64,000 bases of DNA from Patescibacteria group bacterium (GCA_038064415.1 JBBTTD010000003.1:2597-66596); one strand, 5' to 3'; numbered from the stretch's first letter, positions 9,477 through 20,405 are shown. A program made the numbers and translations. Notes: a model not told the origin generated them from the letters alone.

Positions 9477-10430
9477 CTACTCATAAAAGTTAACCAAATA
9501 GTCGTCAATCGTCCTCTGATCTAAGTCATAGAAATTCTTTTTTTGATCATGCAGATAAGTCGCCAATTTGACTCCCACAAATCTCCAGTGCCATGGTTCA
9601 AAGACATAGAATTTATTGTCTTTTGAATATGAGATTATAAATCCATAGCGATATGCGTTAGCTAGAAGCCATGTGTAAGTTTTTGTCGCGTCAAAACCAT
9701 CAAGCACACCGCCAAGTCCAGAAGTTATAAGATCAACCGTTGTTCCAAGTTGGTGTTCTGAATAACCTTGATCGGCGGAGAATGAATTTGCCGAACCTGC
9801 TCCGTAGTTTACTGTATACGCGCCTTTGAGTGCTTGTTGTTCATTGAATGAACGATACGCTGAAAAAACATAGGTAATGACATTGTCTTTTTTCGCGCCA
9901 TCAATCATTTTTTTTAGATATGTCCAAACTTCCGGAATGACTTGCAGACTTTTTGAATCGCTGTATTTATAATCACTGGTTATTTCTGCCAGACGCGCTG
10001 GCGCGTAGTATTCGTTCAAAAAGAAAACTTTGGAGTATTTCTGCAATAATTGTGAGTCGGTTTTACTCAATTTTTGTAATGTACTGACGGTACTTGATAC
10101 ATCGCCAACTTGCTGTTGATAAGTTCCGAGCTTTTGCGCGATGTTACCGACATTTTGCTTTTCTTGGTCAAGCGCGATGGAGAGGGTATTGCGCGTGCTG
10201 GCGATATTTTCTTGGAGACTTGCAGTTGACGAGGCAAGTTGCTGTTTTAACGAAGAAATATCTCCCGATTGGTTATTTATCTTATCATTGAGTCTACTCA
10301 AATTGATCTGTCCATAAGTTCCTATGAAAATAATTAGTAAGGCAAATATCAAAAAAGTGTAAAAAATTCCACGGTTTTCTGGTCGGATTAGTTTCAGCAA
10401 TTCCTTCGTTTTTTTTATTGGATTAATCAT
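9477..10430 (-). CDS. M15B (VanY-like) D-Ala-D-Ala carboxypeptidase with TM and coiled-coil N-terminus
   Basis: SAYRSFNEQ, SEHQLGTTVD, EPWHWRFVG. Confidence 0.9.
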   Translation of the reverse strand: MINPIKKTKELLKLIRPENRGIFYTFLIFALLIIFIGTYGQINLSRLNDKINNQSGDISSLKQQLASSTASLQENIASTRNTLSIALDQEKQNVGNIAQKLGTYQQQVGDVSSTVSTLQKLSKTDSQLLQKYSKVFFLNEYYAPARLAEITSDYKYSDSKSLQVIPEVWTYLKKMIDGAKKDNVITYVFSAYRSFNEQQALKGAYTVNYGAGSANSFSADQGYSEHQLGTTVDLITSGLGGVLDGFDATKTYTWLLANAYRYGFIISYSKDNKFYVFEPWHWRFVGVKLATYLHDQKKNFYDLDQRTIDDYLVNFYE

Positions 10431-10505
10431 GGCTATTTAGACATTATATATTGAAATGCTGAAAATCACCAAAATCTGTTACAATGATGATGTGGTGATT
10501 CTTCA

Positions 10506-11249
10506 ATGATTACGCCAATTCTAATCTCAATTTTGGCCTCCATTGCCGCATTCGCGGGTGGTTTTGTTGCTCTCAAATTTAGAGACAAATTGCACTTGAT
10601 ACTTGGTTTTTCCGCTGGGACATTGATTGGCGCCGCGCTTTTTGATCTGATACCGGAATCTATTGAGCTTGGTTCCACATTTTATGGTTCAGGGACATTG
10701 ACGGCATTGACAGCGCTGGGCTTTTTGACTTATCTGGTTTTGGATAGGATATTTTCATTTCATGAGCATACTATTGAATATCACACTGCCGAAAAAAATC
10801 AGACGAATATACACAAATCCGGCTCACTTGGCGCCGCCAGTTTTTGTCTTCACAGTTTGATTGATGGTTTGGCAATTGGTCTATCATTTCAGGTCTCAAC
10901 GCTAGTTGGTTCAGTTGTCGCTGTTGCCGTGATAGCACACAGATTTTCTGATGGCATAAATACCGTCGGTGTAATACTTAGACATCGTGGAGAAAATCAG
11001 ACGGCTTTAGGTTGGCTGACGGCGGTGGCGATCGCCCCGATTATCGGAACATTGGCGACCTCCTTTATTTCAGTTTCAAATTTAGCCCTAGCGGTTATCC
11101 TAGCTGTGTTTGCCGGATTTTTTCTTTACATTGGCGCAAGCGATCTTATTCCAGAAGGAAAGCATAGTCATTCAAAAATTTTGACGACAATCATGACGCT
11201 GATTGGCGCGATGGCACTTTATGTTATTGTTCATTTATCGGGTGTGTGA
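10506..11249 (+). CDS. ZIP family metal transporter
   Basis: FSAG...ALFDLIPES, HSLIDGLAIG, His-rich loop, FLYIGASDLIPE. Confidence 0.9.
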   Translation: MITPILISILASIAAFAGGFVALKFRDKLHLILGFSAGTLIGAALFDLIPESIELGSTFYGSGTLTALTALGFLTYLVLDRIFSFHEHTIEYHTAEKNQTNIHKSGSLGAASFCLHSLIDGLAIGLSFQVSTLVGSVVAVAVIAHRFSDGINTVGVILRHRGENQTALGWLTAVAIAPIIGTLATSFISVSNLALAVILAVFAGFFLYIGASDLIPEGKHSHSKILTTIMTLIGAMALYVIVHLSGV

Positions 11250-11300
11250 TGATACTGACCAAGTTTATTGACTATATGTTAAAATATTATTAATTAAATT

Positions 11301-12611
11301 ATGTTAAAGCCTCATATTGTCATTTTGGGTGCTGGATTCGGCGGCGTGTATACTGCCAAGAAGTTGTTAAAATATGTCAAAAAAGGCAGGATTGACGTGA
11401 CTATCGTCAATCGCACTAATTATTTTCTTTTCACCCCACTTCTCCATGAGGTAGCTACCGGATCACTTTCGCCAATTAGCGTCGCCGAACCTTTGCGTGA
11501 GATATTTTCTGGAACTGGAATCAGGATTGTTCAAGGTACTGTTGAATCTATAAATTCCGAGAAAAAGACCGTTAAACTCAAAGGATATAGCCATGAATGC
11601 TCGCTAAGCTATGATTATTTAGTTATTGCCACTGGCGCGGAAACAAATTATTATGACATTCCCGGAGCTGAAAAATTTTCTTATCCGCTGAAAGATCTCC
11701 TTGACGCCACGCGGATTCGTTCACGAATAATAGATTCTTTTGAACAGGCGGTTCTGACCAAAGATCCGACGGAGCGCGCCAGACTCCTCACTTTTGTGGT
11801 TATCGGCGGTGGCGCGACAGGCGTTGAGGTCGTTTCTGAATTGACTGAGTTTATCAATGAAATGGTAAAACGCTATTACAGCGCGACTAAAGATTGTGAA
11901 ATTGGCGACCAGATGTCGTGTCGGCCAGAAGAATTCTCGGTCAATCTCGTGCATGCCGGTCCTGAAGTTCTCCAGACATTTTCGCCAACTCTTCGCAAAT
12001 CTGCAGAAAAAAGGTTGCGTGACAGAGGGGTAGTCATAAATTTAAATACCATCGTGACTGAAGTCACATCCCAAGGATTAAAGTTTTCCAATTCTACTTC
12101 TATTTCAACCAATACGATCATTTGGAACGCGGGAGTTAAATCGGTTATTCCACACTTTGAATCAGGCACCCCAGCGCTTGTTTCTGGTCGTTTGATTGTT
12201 GATAAGTATTTTCATCTAGGCAATGATCAAAAAATTTTTGCTTTTGGAGATGTGGCCGGATATGTTGACCAGGAATCATTAAAAGATAATCCGACGAATA
12301 TAAAAATATTTCCAATGCTAGCTCAAGTCGCCACCAAACAAGCTGACATTATTTCAAAAAATCTGATCGCGTCTATTCGTGACAAACCGCTTGGTGATTT
12401 CAAGTATCATTCCAAAGGCAGTCTCGTCTCAGTCGGGAAGCGGTTTGCGATTGGCGAAATATTTTCTTTTCACATTTTTGGCACGCTGACTTGGTATTTG
12501 TGGCGAATTGTCTATCTTTTCAAGTTTGCTTCTAGAAAAAAGCGTATTCGTATTGCTTTTGAATGGGCACTTGGATTGGTATATCCGCGAGATATTACCA
12601 AGCTGACATAA
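11301..12611 (+). CDS. ndh: Type II NADH dehydrogenase (NDH-2 family)
   Basis: GAGFGG, FTPLLHEVATG, GGGATGVE, FAFGD, AQVA.KQ, YHSKGSLVSVG. Confidence 0.9.
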   Translation: MLKPHIVILGAGFGGVYTAKKLLKYVKKGRIDVTIVNRTNYFLFTPLLHEVATGSLSPISVAEPLREIFSGTGIRIVQGTVESINSEKKTVKLKGYSHECSLSYDYLVIATGAETNYYDIPGAEKFSYPLKDLLDATRIRSRIIDSFEQAVLTKDPTERARLLTFVVIGGGATGVEVVSELTEFINEMVKRYYSATKDCEIGDQMSCRPEEFSVNLVHAGPEVLQTFSPTLRKSAEKRLRDRGVVINLNTIVTEVTSQGLKFSNSTSISTNTIIWNAGVKSVIPHFESGTPALVSGRLIVDKYFHLGNDQKIFAFGDVAGYVDQESLKDNPTNIKIFPMLAQVATKQADIISKNLIASIRDKPLGDFKYHSKGSLVSVGKRFAIGEIFSFHIFGTLTWYLWRIVYLFKFASRKKRIRIAFEWALGLVYPRDITKLT

Positions 12612-12662
12612 TCCATATCACCAAGTTTCAAGTGGTTACATCTTATGCGTCTAAATAAAAAA

Positions 12663-12689
12663 AGCGTAGCTCCGAATCGGAGCTACGCT
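12663..12689. terminator. Intrinsic terminator between convergent genes
   Basis: 12-bp stem AGCGTAGCTCCG/CGGAGCTACGCT preceded by an A-run (U-run on the minus strand). Confidence 0.75.
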
Positions 12690-12708
12690 TGGGATGATGG
12701 TGAAATCA

Positions 12709-13638
12709 TCAAAAAATGGATCTGAACCAATTTACAGAGTCGGGCCATGGCGCGAAAAACCCGACACTGGTCAGCACCTCCTGATGTCCTTCATAGGGGC
12801 CAGATTTGACACTAGCATAAATGACCCCCGGGATTCTGGATTTTTTCAAGATATGTTCCAGACGAGCCGAGAACACCGGTGGCCGATCGGAAGAATTGAA
12901 TTTAGTCGGATCAAACGAACCGCCGATGACTAATTGGCTCTGATCGGTAAAAGGAATGATAATTTGTTCTTGAATTCTGACCATTCCGATTCTATCATCC
13001 AGCGGAGTGACTATTCTGAAATTAGATCGAAGGATTGGCTTTTCACCCAATCGTCCAATGTCAGCGTCAATGTATGAGTATCCGTCCCACGGTCTTATCC
13101 CATATCGCAGTATATTTGTCTTGCGAGTTCTCTGCCACCGCGAATTTCCGATAGTCGCGGTTGATGGAGATGCCGAAGTCGGATCAAGGCGTTCTTCCGT
13201 GGTGTTGCCGATTGATCCACTCAAGAATCTAAAGAAAGATTTTTGTTCAAAATCTTCCCAATAATCTATTGACAGATTTGGCAGTGCCACGACAGACTCT
13301 CTCAAACTATCCAGAGCGGTATCAATAAACACATCTCTGCCGGTGTTAATGACGCGTTGATGGATCTCGTAGTTTTCTTTGTTTATTTTTCGAGTCCAAT
13401 TGAATGCCGACGGGCCGCCAAATCGGTCAAAAGAAATTTCCTGACCATTCTTTTCAATTTCTTGACGATACAGACTCCAAAAATTGTCATCCTGTTTTTT
13501 GGCGTTTAATTCGTACACCATTTTCGCATAGGCGACTGCCATCCGGTTGGTATTGGTCGTGCCAGCTACCAAATTAACTACTGTCGTAAGATACATTACT
13601 ATGACCGCTAAAGTCAGATAGATTTTTCTCATAATCAA
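12709..13638 (-). CDS. Hypothetical secreted protein
   Basis: 309-aa ORF with signal peptide; no family recognised. Confidence 0.7.
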   Translation of the reverse strand: MIMRKIYLTLAVIVMYLTTVVNLVAGTTNTNRMAVAYAKMVYELNAKKQDDNFWSLYRQEIEKNGQEISFDRFGGPSAFNWTRKINKENYEIHQRVINTGRDVFIDTALDSLRESVVALPNLSIDYWEDFEQKSFFRFLSGSIGNTTEERLDPTSASPSTATIGNSRWQRTRKTNILRYGIRPWDGYSYIDADIGRLGEKPILRSNFRIVTPLDDRIGMVRIQEQIIIPFTDQSQLVIGGSFDPTKFNSSDRPPVFSARLEHILKKSRIPGVIYASVKSGPYEGHQEVLTSVGFFAPWPDSVNWFRSIF

Positions 13639-13830
13639 TTCCCCGGTTGTGCTTTTTGCTTGTTTTCAATTTTACAAAAACTTCAAATATACTAACGCTA
13701 TTTAAAAAATCCGCAACCTTGACCTCTTTAATTTTCAATGATTAAGATTGCCTCACTCCAATTTTGGCACAGATAAATAAAAGAGGGAACCCGTTGCGGT
13801 TCCCACTGCTTTTGATTTCTTCGTGTTTGC

Positions 13831-14118
13831 TCAAGTTTTGAGCATGCGTTCAAATCTTTCAATGTATGTTCTCAAGAACTGTTGTTGAAGTTGAGGAGGA
13901 ATCACACTCAACATGTCTAGCATTGTTGAGGCGGGATTGAGTTGCGCGCACCACTTTTCCGTGGATCCACCCTCACCAATTTCGTGGCAAATTTTCCAGA
14001 ACAAACTTTCGTCGTAGTAGAGCTCCGGTTTGTTGGCAATAAGTTCTTCGCATTTCATTTGCACAAACAAAACGACAGACTTTTTTAGGGAACCAGTCCC
14101 GGTACTTGTTGAATCCAT
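13831..14118 (-). CDS. Hypothetical protein
   Basis: 95-aa ORF with AAAGG upstream and a hairpin downstream. Confidence 0.6.
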   Translation of the reverse strand: MDSTSTGTGSLKKSVVLFVQMKCEELIANKPELYYDESLFWKICHEIGEGGSTEKWCAQLNPASTMLDMLSVIPPQLQQQFLRTYIERFERMLKT

Positions 14119-14316
14119 ATTATTACCTTTACACTGTCTTCCAAATACACTGTATCAGGGTCATAATTTTGTGTCAAATACCCCTTGACAGAATAGGTAG
14201 TGGTGTGCTATAATGGCCAAGTAAATAGGGCATTCCTGCATTCATGCAAATGGATGGGAAACGAGTCTTATCTTACGAGGCAAAAAGCACAAAACCAAAC
14301 GAAAGGACCTTTACAT

Positions 14317-15360
14317 ATGAAATTCACAAGAATATTGTTCGGCTTCATGAATGGCAATTACGATTGCAAAAATGGAGTCGGCATGGTGGCGGTGGACGAT
14401 CCCAATCTCAAAAGTGACATCAAAGTCACGAGGGAGAAGGGTCCGTTCTTCGTCGGTGCTGGCAATGAGAGTCCGTATTTCCTGAATGGGGAATATATCA
14501 AAGACCCTCCGATCAACATGACCGAAGTCGCACTTGAAGTAGCTGGGAGAGACGATGATCCCGTGGTCATTGCCTGGGGCTTGAAAAAGTCTTGGGACAA
14601 GACTCTACAGGTCATTGGTTCGCGTCCCCACTTCCGCGTCATGACTGAGAATCGGTTTAAGGGACAGATGATGTCTCATGAAGTTCGCGAAGTGAAGTCT
14701 TTTGAGGGTAACCTCAAGGATCTCGTCGCGACCTCGGCCAGAACCGGCGAATTCGTCAGCAAGACTGATAAATTCGCGCCTGTTTATCAGGCGATGAAAG
14801 GCATCACTGCTCTTAATCGGTTCCAGCGCCGGACCAAGAATGGTGCTACTCCCGCCGAAGATGTCTATGTTGACTGCCAAGATCCTCGACCATTTCCGGT
14901 CGGCGCGGTTTATCGGTTAACTCGCGTCGTTGACGGCAAAATGGCTGACAAGCTCGGCATCGGCACCGCTCTGGAACTCAACTTCCGTTATCCGCTGGGA
15001 GCTTCGACCGACAAACTCGCCAGGTTCAAGCCGGAAGAGTTGATCTGGGAAAAGCGGGAAGTGAAGCCGACAGAAATGATTCACAAAGTCCAGGAGATCT
15101 GGGTTGAAGTCGCTGACCCTCGTCCGAAACTTGAGCTTCCTGCTTCAATGAGGGTCAAGGTTGAGGAAAAATCACAGATTGCTGTCGTTGAAACTGTTGT
15201 TACCGCTCCAGCAACGGAGTCGGCGACAACCGCTTCTTCCGAGGTTCCGGCAACTGCTCCGATCAAGAAGTCCGTGGCAATGCCCAAGCGCCCCAAAAAG
15301 GTCTTGAGCACCAGAGTCAACGGGTTCGCGACGCTCGAGCAAGTACTCGTCATCGGATAG
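14317..15360 (+). CDS. Hypothetical protein
   Basis: Long ORF; TTGACA..TGCTATAAT promoter near 14185-14215 and GAAAGGA RBS before ATG 14317. Confidence 0.75.
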   Translation: MKFTRILFGFMNGNYDCKNGVGMVAVDDPNLKSDIKVTREKGPFFVGAGNESPYFLNGEYIKDPPINMTEVALEVAGRDDDPVVIAWGLKKSWDKTLQVIGSRPHFRVMTENRFKGQMMSHEVREVKSFEGNLKDLVATSARTGEFVSKTDKFAPVYQAMKGITALNRFQRRTKNGATPAEDVYVDCQDPRPFPVGAVYRLTRVVDGKMADKLGIGTALELNFRYPLGASTDKLARFKPEELIWEKREVKPTEMIHKVQEIWVEVADPRPKLELPASMRVKVEEKSQIAVVETVVTAPATESATTASSEVPATAPIKKSVAMPKRPKKVLSTRVNGFATLEQVLVIG

Positions 15361-15504
15361 CGTTATCAGATAGACAGTGTTGAAAATTCACGAAGGTCCA
15401 GCTACAAGTTGTGGCTGGCCTTTTTTATTATCCACAATTATTACACACGATTTCACCGAGACAGATCTGATGAAAATGTCGCTCTTTCTGCTATACTCTT
15501 ATTC

Positions 15505-17307
15505 ATGACCCAGAATCAAGCTTTGGACATTTTGAAGATGGGTAAGAATGTTTTTATAACCGGACCGGCAGGTTCGGGTAAAACATTTGTAGTCAATCAA
15601 TATATTAGATATCTGAAAGAACATGGAGTCGCGATTGGTATTACCGCCTCAACGGGAATTGCCGCTACCCATATGGGCGGTATAACTATTCATTCTTGGT
15701 CAGGGATGGGTTTGAAAAACAATATGAGCGAATATGACTTGGCTGACCTTTTGGAGAGGACTCAAGTAGTTCGTAGAATTAAAGAGGCTTCTGTGTTGAT
15801 TATTGATGAGGTTTCAATGTTGCATCATTTTCGTCTTGATACCTTAAATACAATCGCTCAACATGTTCGTAAAAATAAAGAGCCGTTTGGCGGTTTGCAA
15901 ATCGTGCTGTGCGGAGATTTTTTTCAACTTCCGCCAATCGCGAAATACGGTGAACCTGACACGCATTTTATATATAGATCAGAAGCTTGGCGTGATGGAA
16001 AATTTACCGTTTGTTATTTACATGAAAATTATCGCCATATTTCAGACGATATTCTTTTTGTCTTAAATGAAGTTCGTGCTGGAAAAGTCTCTGATGCGGC
16101 GAGGTCTCGGCTGAACGGCAGAAGAAATATAATTCAAAATAGTGATTCTGAATTTGGACCAACTCGCCTCTTTACTCACAATGTTGATGTGGATAAGGTC
16201 AATGATCTTGAACTCAACAAAGTTCAAGGTCATGAATCAACATATGAGATGACCTCAAAAGGTAAAAAATCTTTGGTAGATGGATTGAAAAAATCTTGTC
16301 TAGCTCCAACAAAACTTCGTTTGAAAAAAGGCGCTCGGGTAATGTGCGTCAAGAACAATTTTGATCAAGGTTATGTCAATGGGACTTTGGGCGTAGTCGT
16401 ATCTTGTGGTTACGGCATTGACCCAGTGATTCATACCGCTAGCACTCCAGATTTTCCAAGTGGTCGGCGAGTGACCATTGAGTTGGCTGATTGGACAATT
16501 GAAGATGATGGCAGAGTCTTGGCCAAAATCACTCAATATCCTTTGCGTTTAGCTTGGGCAATAACGGTTCATAAAAGTCAGGGCATGAGTCTAGATTCAA
16601 TTGAAGTTGATCTCTCTAAAGCTTTTGAGCCGGGTATGGGATATGTAGCACTGTCACGGGTCCGTACTTTGGCGGGCTTAAGTATTATTGGCATAAATGA
16701 AAATGCGCTAAAAGTTCATCCGGAGGTATTAGAGTATGACAAACATTTGCGCGAATTATCTGGAAAAGCTGAAAGCGTGATTGAGTATACTGACACAGCT
16801 GAAATAATCCGCACTCAAGAAGGATTTTTGGCAAAAGTGGCGCCACTGCACCGAATAGGTCGCAAGGCACAAGGTTCTAATTACAATGAGGGAAAACCAG
16901 AAAAAGTCTCGACATTTCAGAGAACAGTAGCTCTTATTCAAAAGCAAAAATCTGTGCTTGAAATCGCAAAGGAGCGAAAAAAGACGATTGAGACGATTAT
17001 TCACCATATTGAAAAATTGATTGAAGTTGGTTCAGATAGAGGCGGTCTGAATTTATCCGACATCTCATATTTGAAAAAAGAAATTTCCCCGATTCATTTT
17101 CTGAAAATTGAAAAAGCGCTTGAAGAAGTATCTCTTGAAAAAAATGCCAGTAATGATTCAGATGAGAATAAATCTAAGCCACCTCTACTTTCCGCGATAA
17201 AAAGAAAAGTTGAGCCGAACATCTCGTTTCGTGAGATTCAATTGGTTAGAGTTTTACTTGGGTATGTTAAGCGTGGTGAGCGAGTCAGCGACAGCGCGTC
17301 TCACTAG
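15505..17307 (+). CDS. PIF1-family SF1B DNA helicase with C-terminal HTH
   Basis: GPAGSGKT, TIHSWSG, IIDEVSM, GDFFQLPP, PLRLAWAITVHKSQGMS, YVALSRV. Confidence 0.93.
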   Translation: MTQNQALDILKMGKNVFITGPAGSGKTFVVNQYIRYLKEHGVAIGITASTGIAATHMGGITIHSWSGMGLKNNMSEYDLADLLERTQVVRRIKEASVLIIDEVSMLHHFRLDTLNTIAQHVRKNKEPFGGLQIVLCGDFFQLPPIAKYGEPDTHFIYRSEAWRDGKFTVCYLHENYRHISDDILFVLNEVRAGKVSDAARSRLNGRRNIIQNSDSEFGPTRLFTHNVDVDKVNDLELNKVQGHESTYEMTSKGKKSLVDGLKKSCLAPTKLRLKKGARVMCVKNNFDQGYVNGTLGVVVSCGYGIDPVIHTASTPDFPSGRRVTIELADWTIEDDGRVLAKITQYPLRLAWAITVHKSQGMSLDSIEVDLSKAFEPGMGYVALSRVRTLAGLSIIGINENALKVHPEVLEYDKHLRELSGKAESVIEYTDTAEIIRTQEGFLAKVAPLHRIGRKAQGSNYNEGKPEKVSTFQRTVALIQKQKSVLEIAKERKKTIETIIHHIEKLIEVGSDRGGLNLSDISYLKKEISPIHFLKIEKALEEVSLEKNASNDSDENKSKPPLLSAIKRKVEPNISFREIQLVRVLLGYVKRGERVSDSASH

Positions 17308-17424
17308 CTGGATCACTCCCATTGATTTTATTTTTGATTGATTGACCGACTTTATTAAGAATTAATTGATCAATAAAAAATCTCGAGACATTGGGTGTCT
17401 CGAGAGGTGTGCTGGTTGACAAGG

Positions 17425-17808
17425 TCAACCCAATTGGCTTTCTCGTCGTAAAAATTCTTTCACCCAAGACCCGTCAACACTTAAGACCTCATCAGATTCT
17501 TTCTCCCAGATGATGTGGGTTGCGATCCCGTCAATCTTGAATGGTTTGATCACCAATCGCATAGTGAAACTACTTCCTTTGTAGGTCACTTTAACTTCAA
17601 AAAGATAACCACTGACTCCAGAACTTTTTGTGCTTCTAAATGTCGTTGTGATTTTGCATCTGAAGTTAGGACTTCGGAGCTCTTCTTTTTTGGCTCGTGT
17701 TTTGATCATTTCGCCAGCCACAGTGGTGACTATGTTCACGATTTTTTGTACGGCATCATTGCTCACACACGCCCCAATCACTACACAATCCGCGACTAGT
17801 TGTTTCAT
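17425..17808 (-). CDS. Hypothetical protein
   Basis: 127-aa ORF followed by a hairpin (TCTCGAGACA..TGTCTCGAGA near 17381-17405). Confidence 0.55.
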   Translation of the reverse strand: MKQLVADCVVIGACVSNDAVQKIVNIVTTVAGEMIKTRAKKEELRSPNFRCKITTTFRSTKSSGVSGYLFEVKVTYKGSSFTMRLVIKPFKIDGIATHIIWEKESDEVLSVDGSWVKEFLRRESQLG

Positions 17809-18008
17809 AGTTTGTGCTATTTGAAGGTTTTTGTTTTTACTCCAGTAACTTACTCCACGGAAAGATTACCACTATTGGTAATAGATGTCAACATCATTGA
17901 CTTTTCTGTTCAAATAATATATAGTAGTAATCTAATCAATCTCTCATCGTTTGCCCATGGTTAAGGGCCTTCAGTTGGGAATAATATAGCCCAACGGCTC
18001 AATAATTC

Positions 18009-19283
18009 ATGTATCAAAAGCATTTTAGAAGCGGAAGTAAGACTAGTACTAGTCGTCCATTTAACTATAGAAAACCAGCAGGACACGGCTCTTCAGGAGC
18101 TCGTGGTGGTTTTCATGGTAAACCGGCACATAGGGGTGGTCGCGGAGGTCGTGGTGGACGAGGTCCAGGAGGCGGATTTTCCAGGCACATTGATGTTTCA
18201 AAGTTTATCAACAAAGCAGTCATTACCGAAAAGACTGAACACTTCGTTCCCGACCACAGCTTCACTGATTTTCAGATTGATAATCGTCTGAAGACGAATG
18301 TTGCTACTAAAGGTTATTTTGTCCCTACGCCGATTCAAGATAAAACTATCCCACATATTATTCGCGGAGCGGATCTAGTAGGGATTGCCAATACGGGCAC
18401 AGGTAAAACCGCGGCTTTTTTGATTCCTCTAATCAATAAAATTTTAATTAGTTCACGCGAAAAAGTCTTAATTATTGTTCCGACTCGTGAATTGGCTCAA
18501 CAGATTGAACAAGAGTTCATGGCTTTTTCAAAACATCTCAACCTTTGGGCAGTCTGTTGTGTTGGTGGCGCGAGCATCGTGCCGCAAATGAAAGCACTTG
18601 GTCGTCCATACAATTTTTTGATTGGCACACCAGGTCGTTTGCGCGACCTGATTGAACGCAACAAGATTCGTTTAAGTGAGTATGCGACGGTAGTTCTTGA
18701 CGAAGCAGACCGCATGCTTGACATGGGATTTATTGCCGATGTTAAATTCATGGTTTCTCAAATGGCCAAACAGCGCCACACGCTTTTCTTTTCCGCCACA
18801 ATGTCTCGCGAAATTGAAGGACTGATAAAACAATTTCTGACTGATCCTGTGATGATTTCGGTCAAGACCGGCGACACCGCACAATTGGTTGATCAAGATG
18901 TGGTGCGTGTTCCCGTCGGTAAAAATAAGCTTGATGTCCTTCAAGATTTGTTAAATCAGTCCGGTTTTACTAAAGTGCTAATTTTCGGAAAAACTAAACA
19001 TGGTGTCCAAAGATTGACAGAAGATCTAAATAAGCGCGGTTTTTTGGCTGAAGCCATTCATGGCAATAAGAATCAAGGTCAACGCATGCGCGCCCTCAAA
19101 TCATTCAAGGATCATCGCGTAAAAGTTTTGGTTGCCACTGATGTGGCGGCTCGCGGTCTTGATATTTCCGGGATAACTCATGTTATTAATTTTGATATTC
19201 CCGCGACTTATGATGACTATATTCATCGTATCGGCAGAACGGGACGAGCGGGCAAAAAAGGGCAAGCCCTGACTTTTGTGTAG
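18009..19283 (+). CDS. DEAD-box RNA helicase (RhlE-like) with RGG-rich N-terminus
   Basis: PTPIQ, ANTGTGKT, PTRELA, DEAD, SAT, ARGLD, HRIGRTGR. Confidence 0.95.
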   Translation: MYQKHFRSGSKTSTSRPFNYRKPAGHGSSGARGGFHGKPAHRGGRGGRGGRGPGGGFSRHIDVSKFINKAVITEKTEHFVPDHSFTDFQIDNRLKTNVATKGYFVPTPIQDKTIPHIIRGADLVGIANTGTGKTAAFLIPLINKILISSREKVLIIVPTRELAQQIEQEFMAFSKHLNLWAVCCVGGASIVPQMKALGRPYNFLIGTPGRLRDLIERNKIRLSEYATVVLDEADRMLDMGFIADVKFMVSQMAKQRHTLFFSATMSREIEGLIKQFLTDPVMISVKTGDTAQLVDQDVVRVPVGKNKLDVLQDLLNQSGFTKVLIFGKTKHGVQRLTEDLNKRGFLAEAIHGNKNQGQRMRALKSFKDHRVKVLVATDVAARGLDISGITHVINFDIPATYDDYIHRIGRTGRAGKKGQALTFV

Positions 19284-19321
19284 ATGACACAAATTACACG
19301 AATTCTCTGACTAACATTTAG

Positions 19322-19421
19322 AAACTCAGTCATGTGAATTTTTAATGAGTTATGTTACTTCGCCACATTATTTTTGTTGAGGACTCTGTATAACTCATTA
19401 AAAATTCATATGACTGAGTTT
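19322..19421. repeat. 32-bp inverted repeat (1 mismatch) with 36-nt spacer
   Basis: 19322-19353 pairs with 19390-19421. Confidence 0.85.
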
Positions 19422-19483
19422 TTTTAGGTATGATTATTCGTATTTCAAATAAATAGACACCCGCCGACTTGGTGGGTGTCTTG

Positions 19484-19882
19484 CTAATTCAACTGCTCTT
19501 TACCCGTGACATAATTGTCTATCACTTCGCAGGCACTTTCAAATTCCTCCGATACAACAGCGCGACCTAATGATCTTGACAGATCAAATCCAATAAGGCG
19601 ACTGTCAACGGTATTTGGCATTGAATTCGTTCCAGCACTTTTGCGCACCTCATATTTCTCATTGGCGATCAGGACCGTTGAGATGATCACGAATTTGTAG
19701 TAGAGCAGACGAAAGTCTGGATCGGAATTGTGGCGACATATTAAATCACTTTGTTGCCAAGATACCCACGCGCAGTTTGGCTGGCCAATCCACTCCAGGT
19801 ATTCTTTGCGTTTGTTTTCCAACTTTATTTTGAGCTCCCTGGGTATCGGGAGCAGGAACTCTCGATTTTTCAGGTCACTCAT
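19484..19882 (-). CDS. Hypothetical protein
   Basis: 132-aa ORF with terminator-like hairpin at about 19455-19481. Confidence 0.6.
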   Translation of the reverse strand: MSDLKNREFLLPIPRELKIKLENKRKEYLEWIGQPNCAWVSWQQSDLICRHNSDPDFRLLYYKFVIISTVLIANEKYEVRKSAGTNSMPNTVDSRLIGFDLSRSLGRAVVSEEFESACEVIDNYVTGKEQLN

Positions 19883-20006
19883 AATTTTGTTTGGTTTCCG
19901 TTCGTTTCTGCTATAAGACTATTCTATTTAGGACTTTTGTCAATTGGATGAACCTGAATTCTATTTGAATTGAATATAATGTTATAAGTATGGTATTATT
20001 GTAATC

Positions 20007-20405
20007 ATGAAAAATGAAAACAGGTGGAAACAACGGTTTGCCAATTTTGAGAAGGCATATACTTTCTTTAAGAGATTTTTAGATTCAGATACAGCTAGTA
20101 ATGAGTTATTAAGAGCTGGGCTCATTCAGGCATTTGAATTTACCTTTGAGTTGGCATGGAAGACGATGAAAGATAAGCTTGAGTATGGAGGTATAGAGGT
20201 TAAATTACCTCGAGATGTTATTCAGGAAGCATTTCATGCCGGTTATATAACCGATGATGCGGCTTGGATAGACGCGCTACAAAAACGAAATGAAATGTCG
20301 CATTTGTATAATGAACAAATGACTAAAAAAACTGAAGAACTGATCAGGAAATCATTTGCCCCTATCCTAGAATTATTTTATGTTTATTTTAAAAAATCTC
20401 TATGA
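20007..20405 (+). CDS. HEPN (HI0074/HepT-like) toxin subunit
   Basis: RWKQRF.NF, GLIQAFEFTFELAWK, R-X4-H-X-Y (RNEMSHLY). Confidence 0.9.
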   Translation: MKNENRWKQRFANFEKAYTFFKRFLDSDTASNELLRAGLIQAFEFTFELAWKTMKDKLEYGGIEVKLPRDVIQEAFHAGYITDDAAWIDALQKRNEMSHLYNEQMTKKTEELIRKSFAPILELFYVYFKKSL

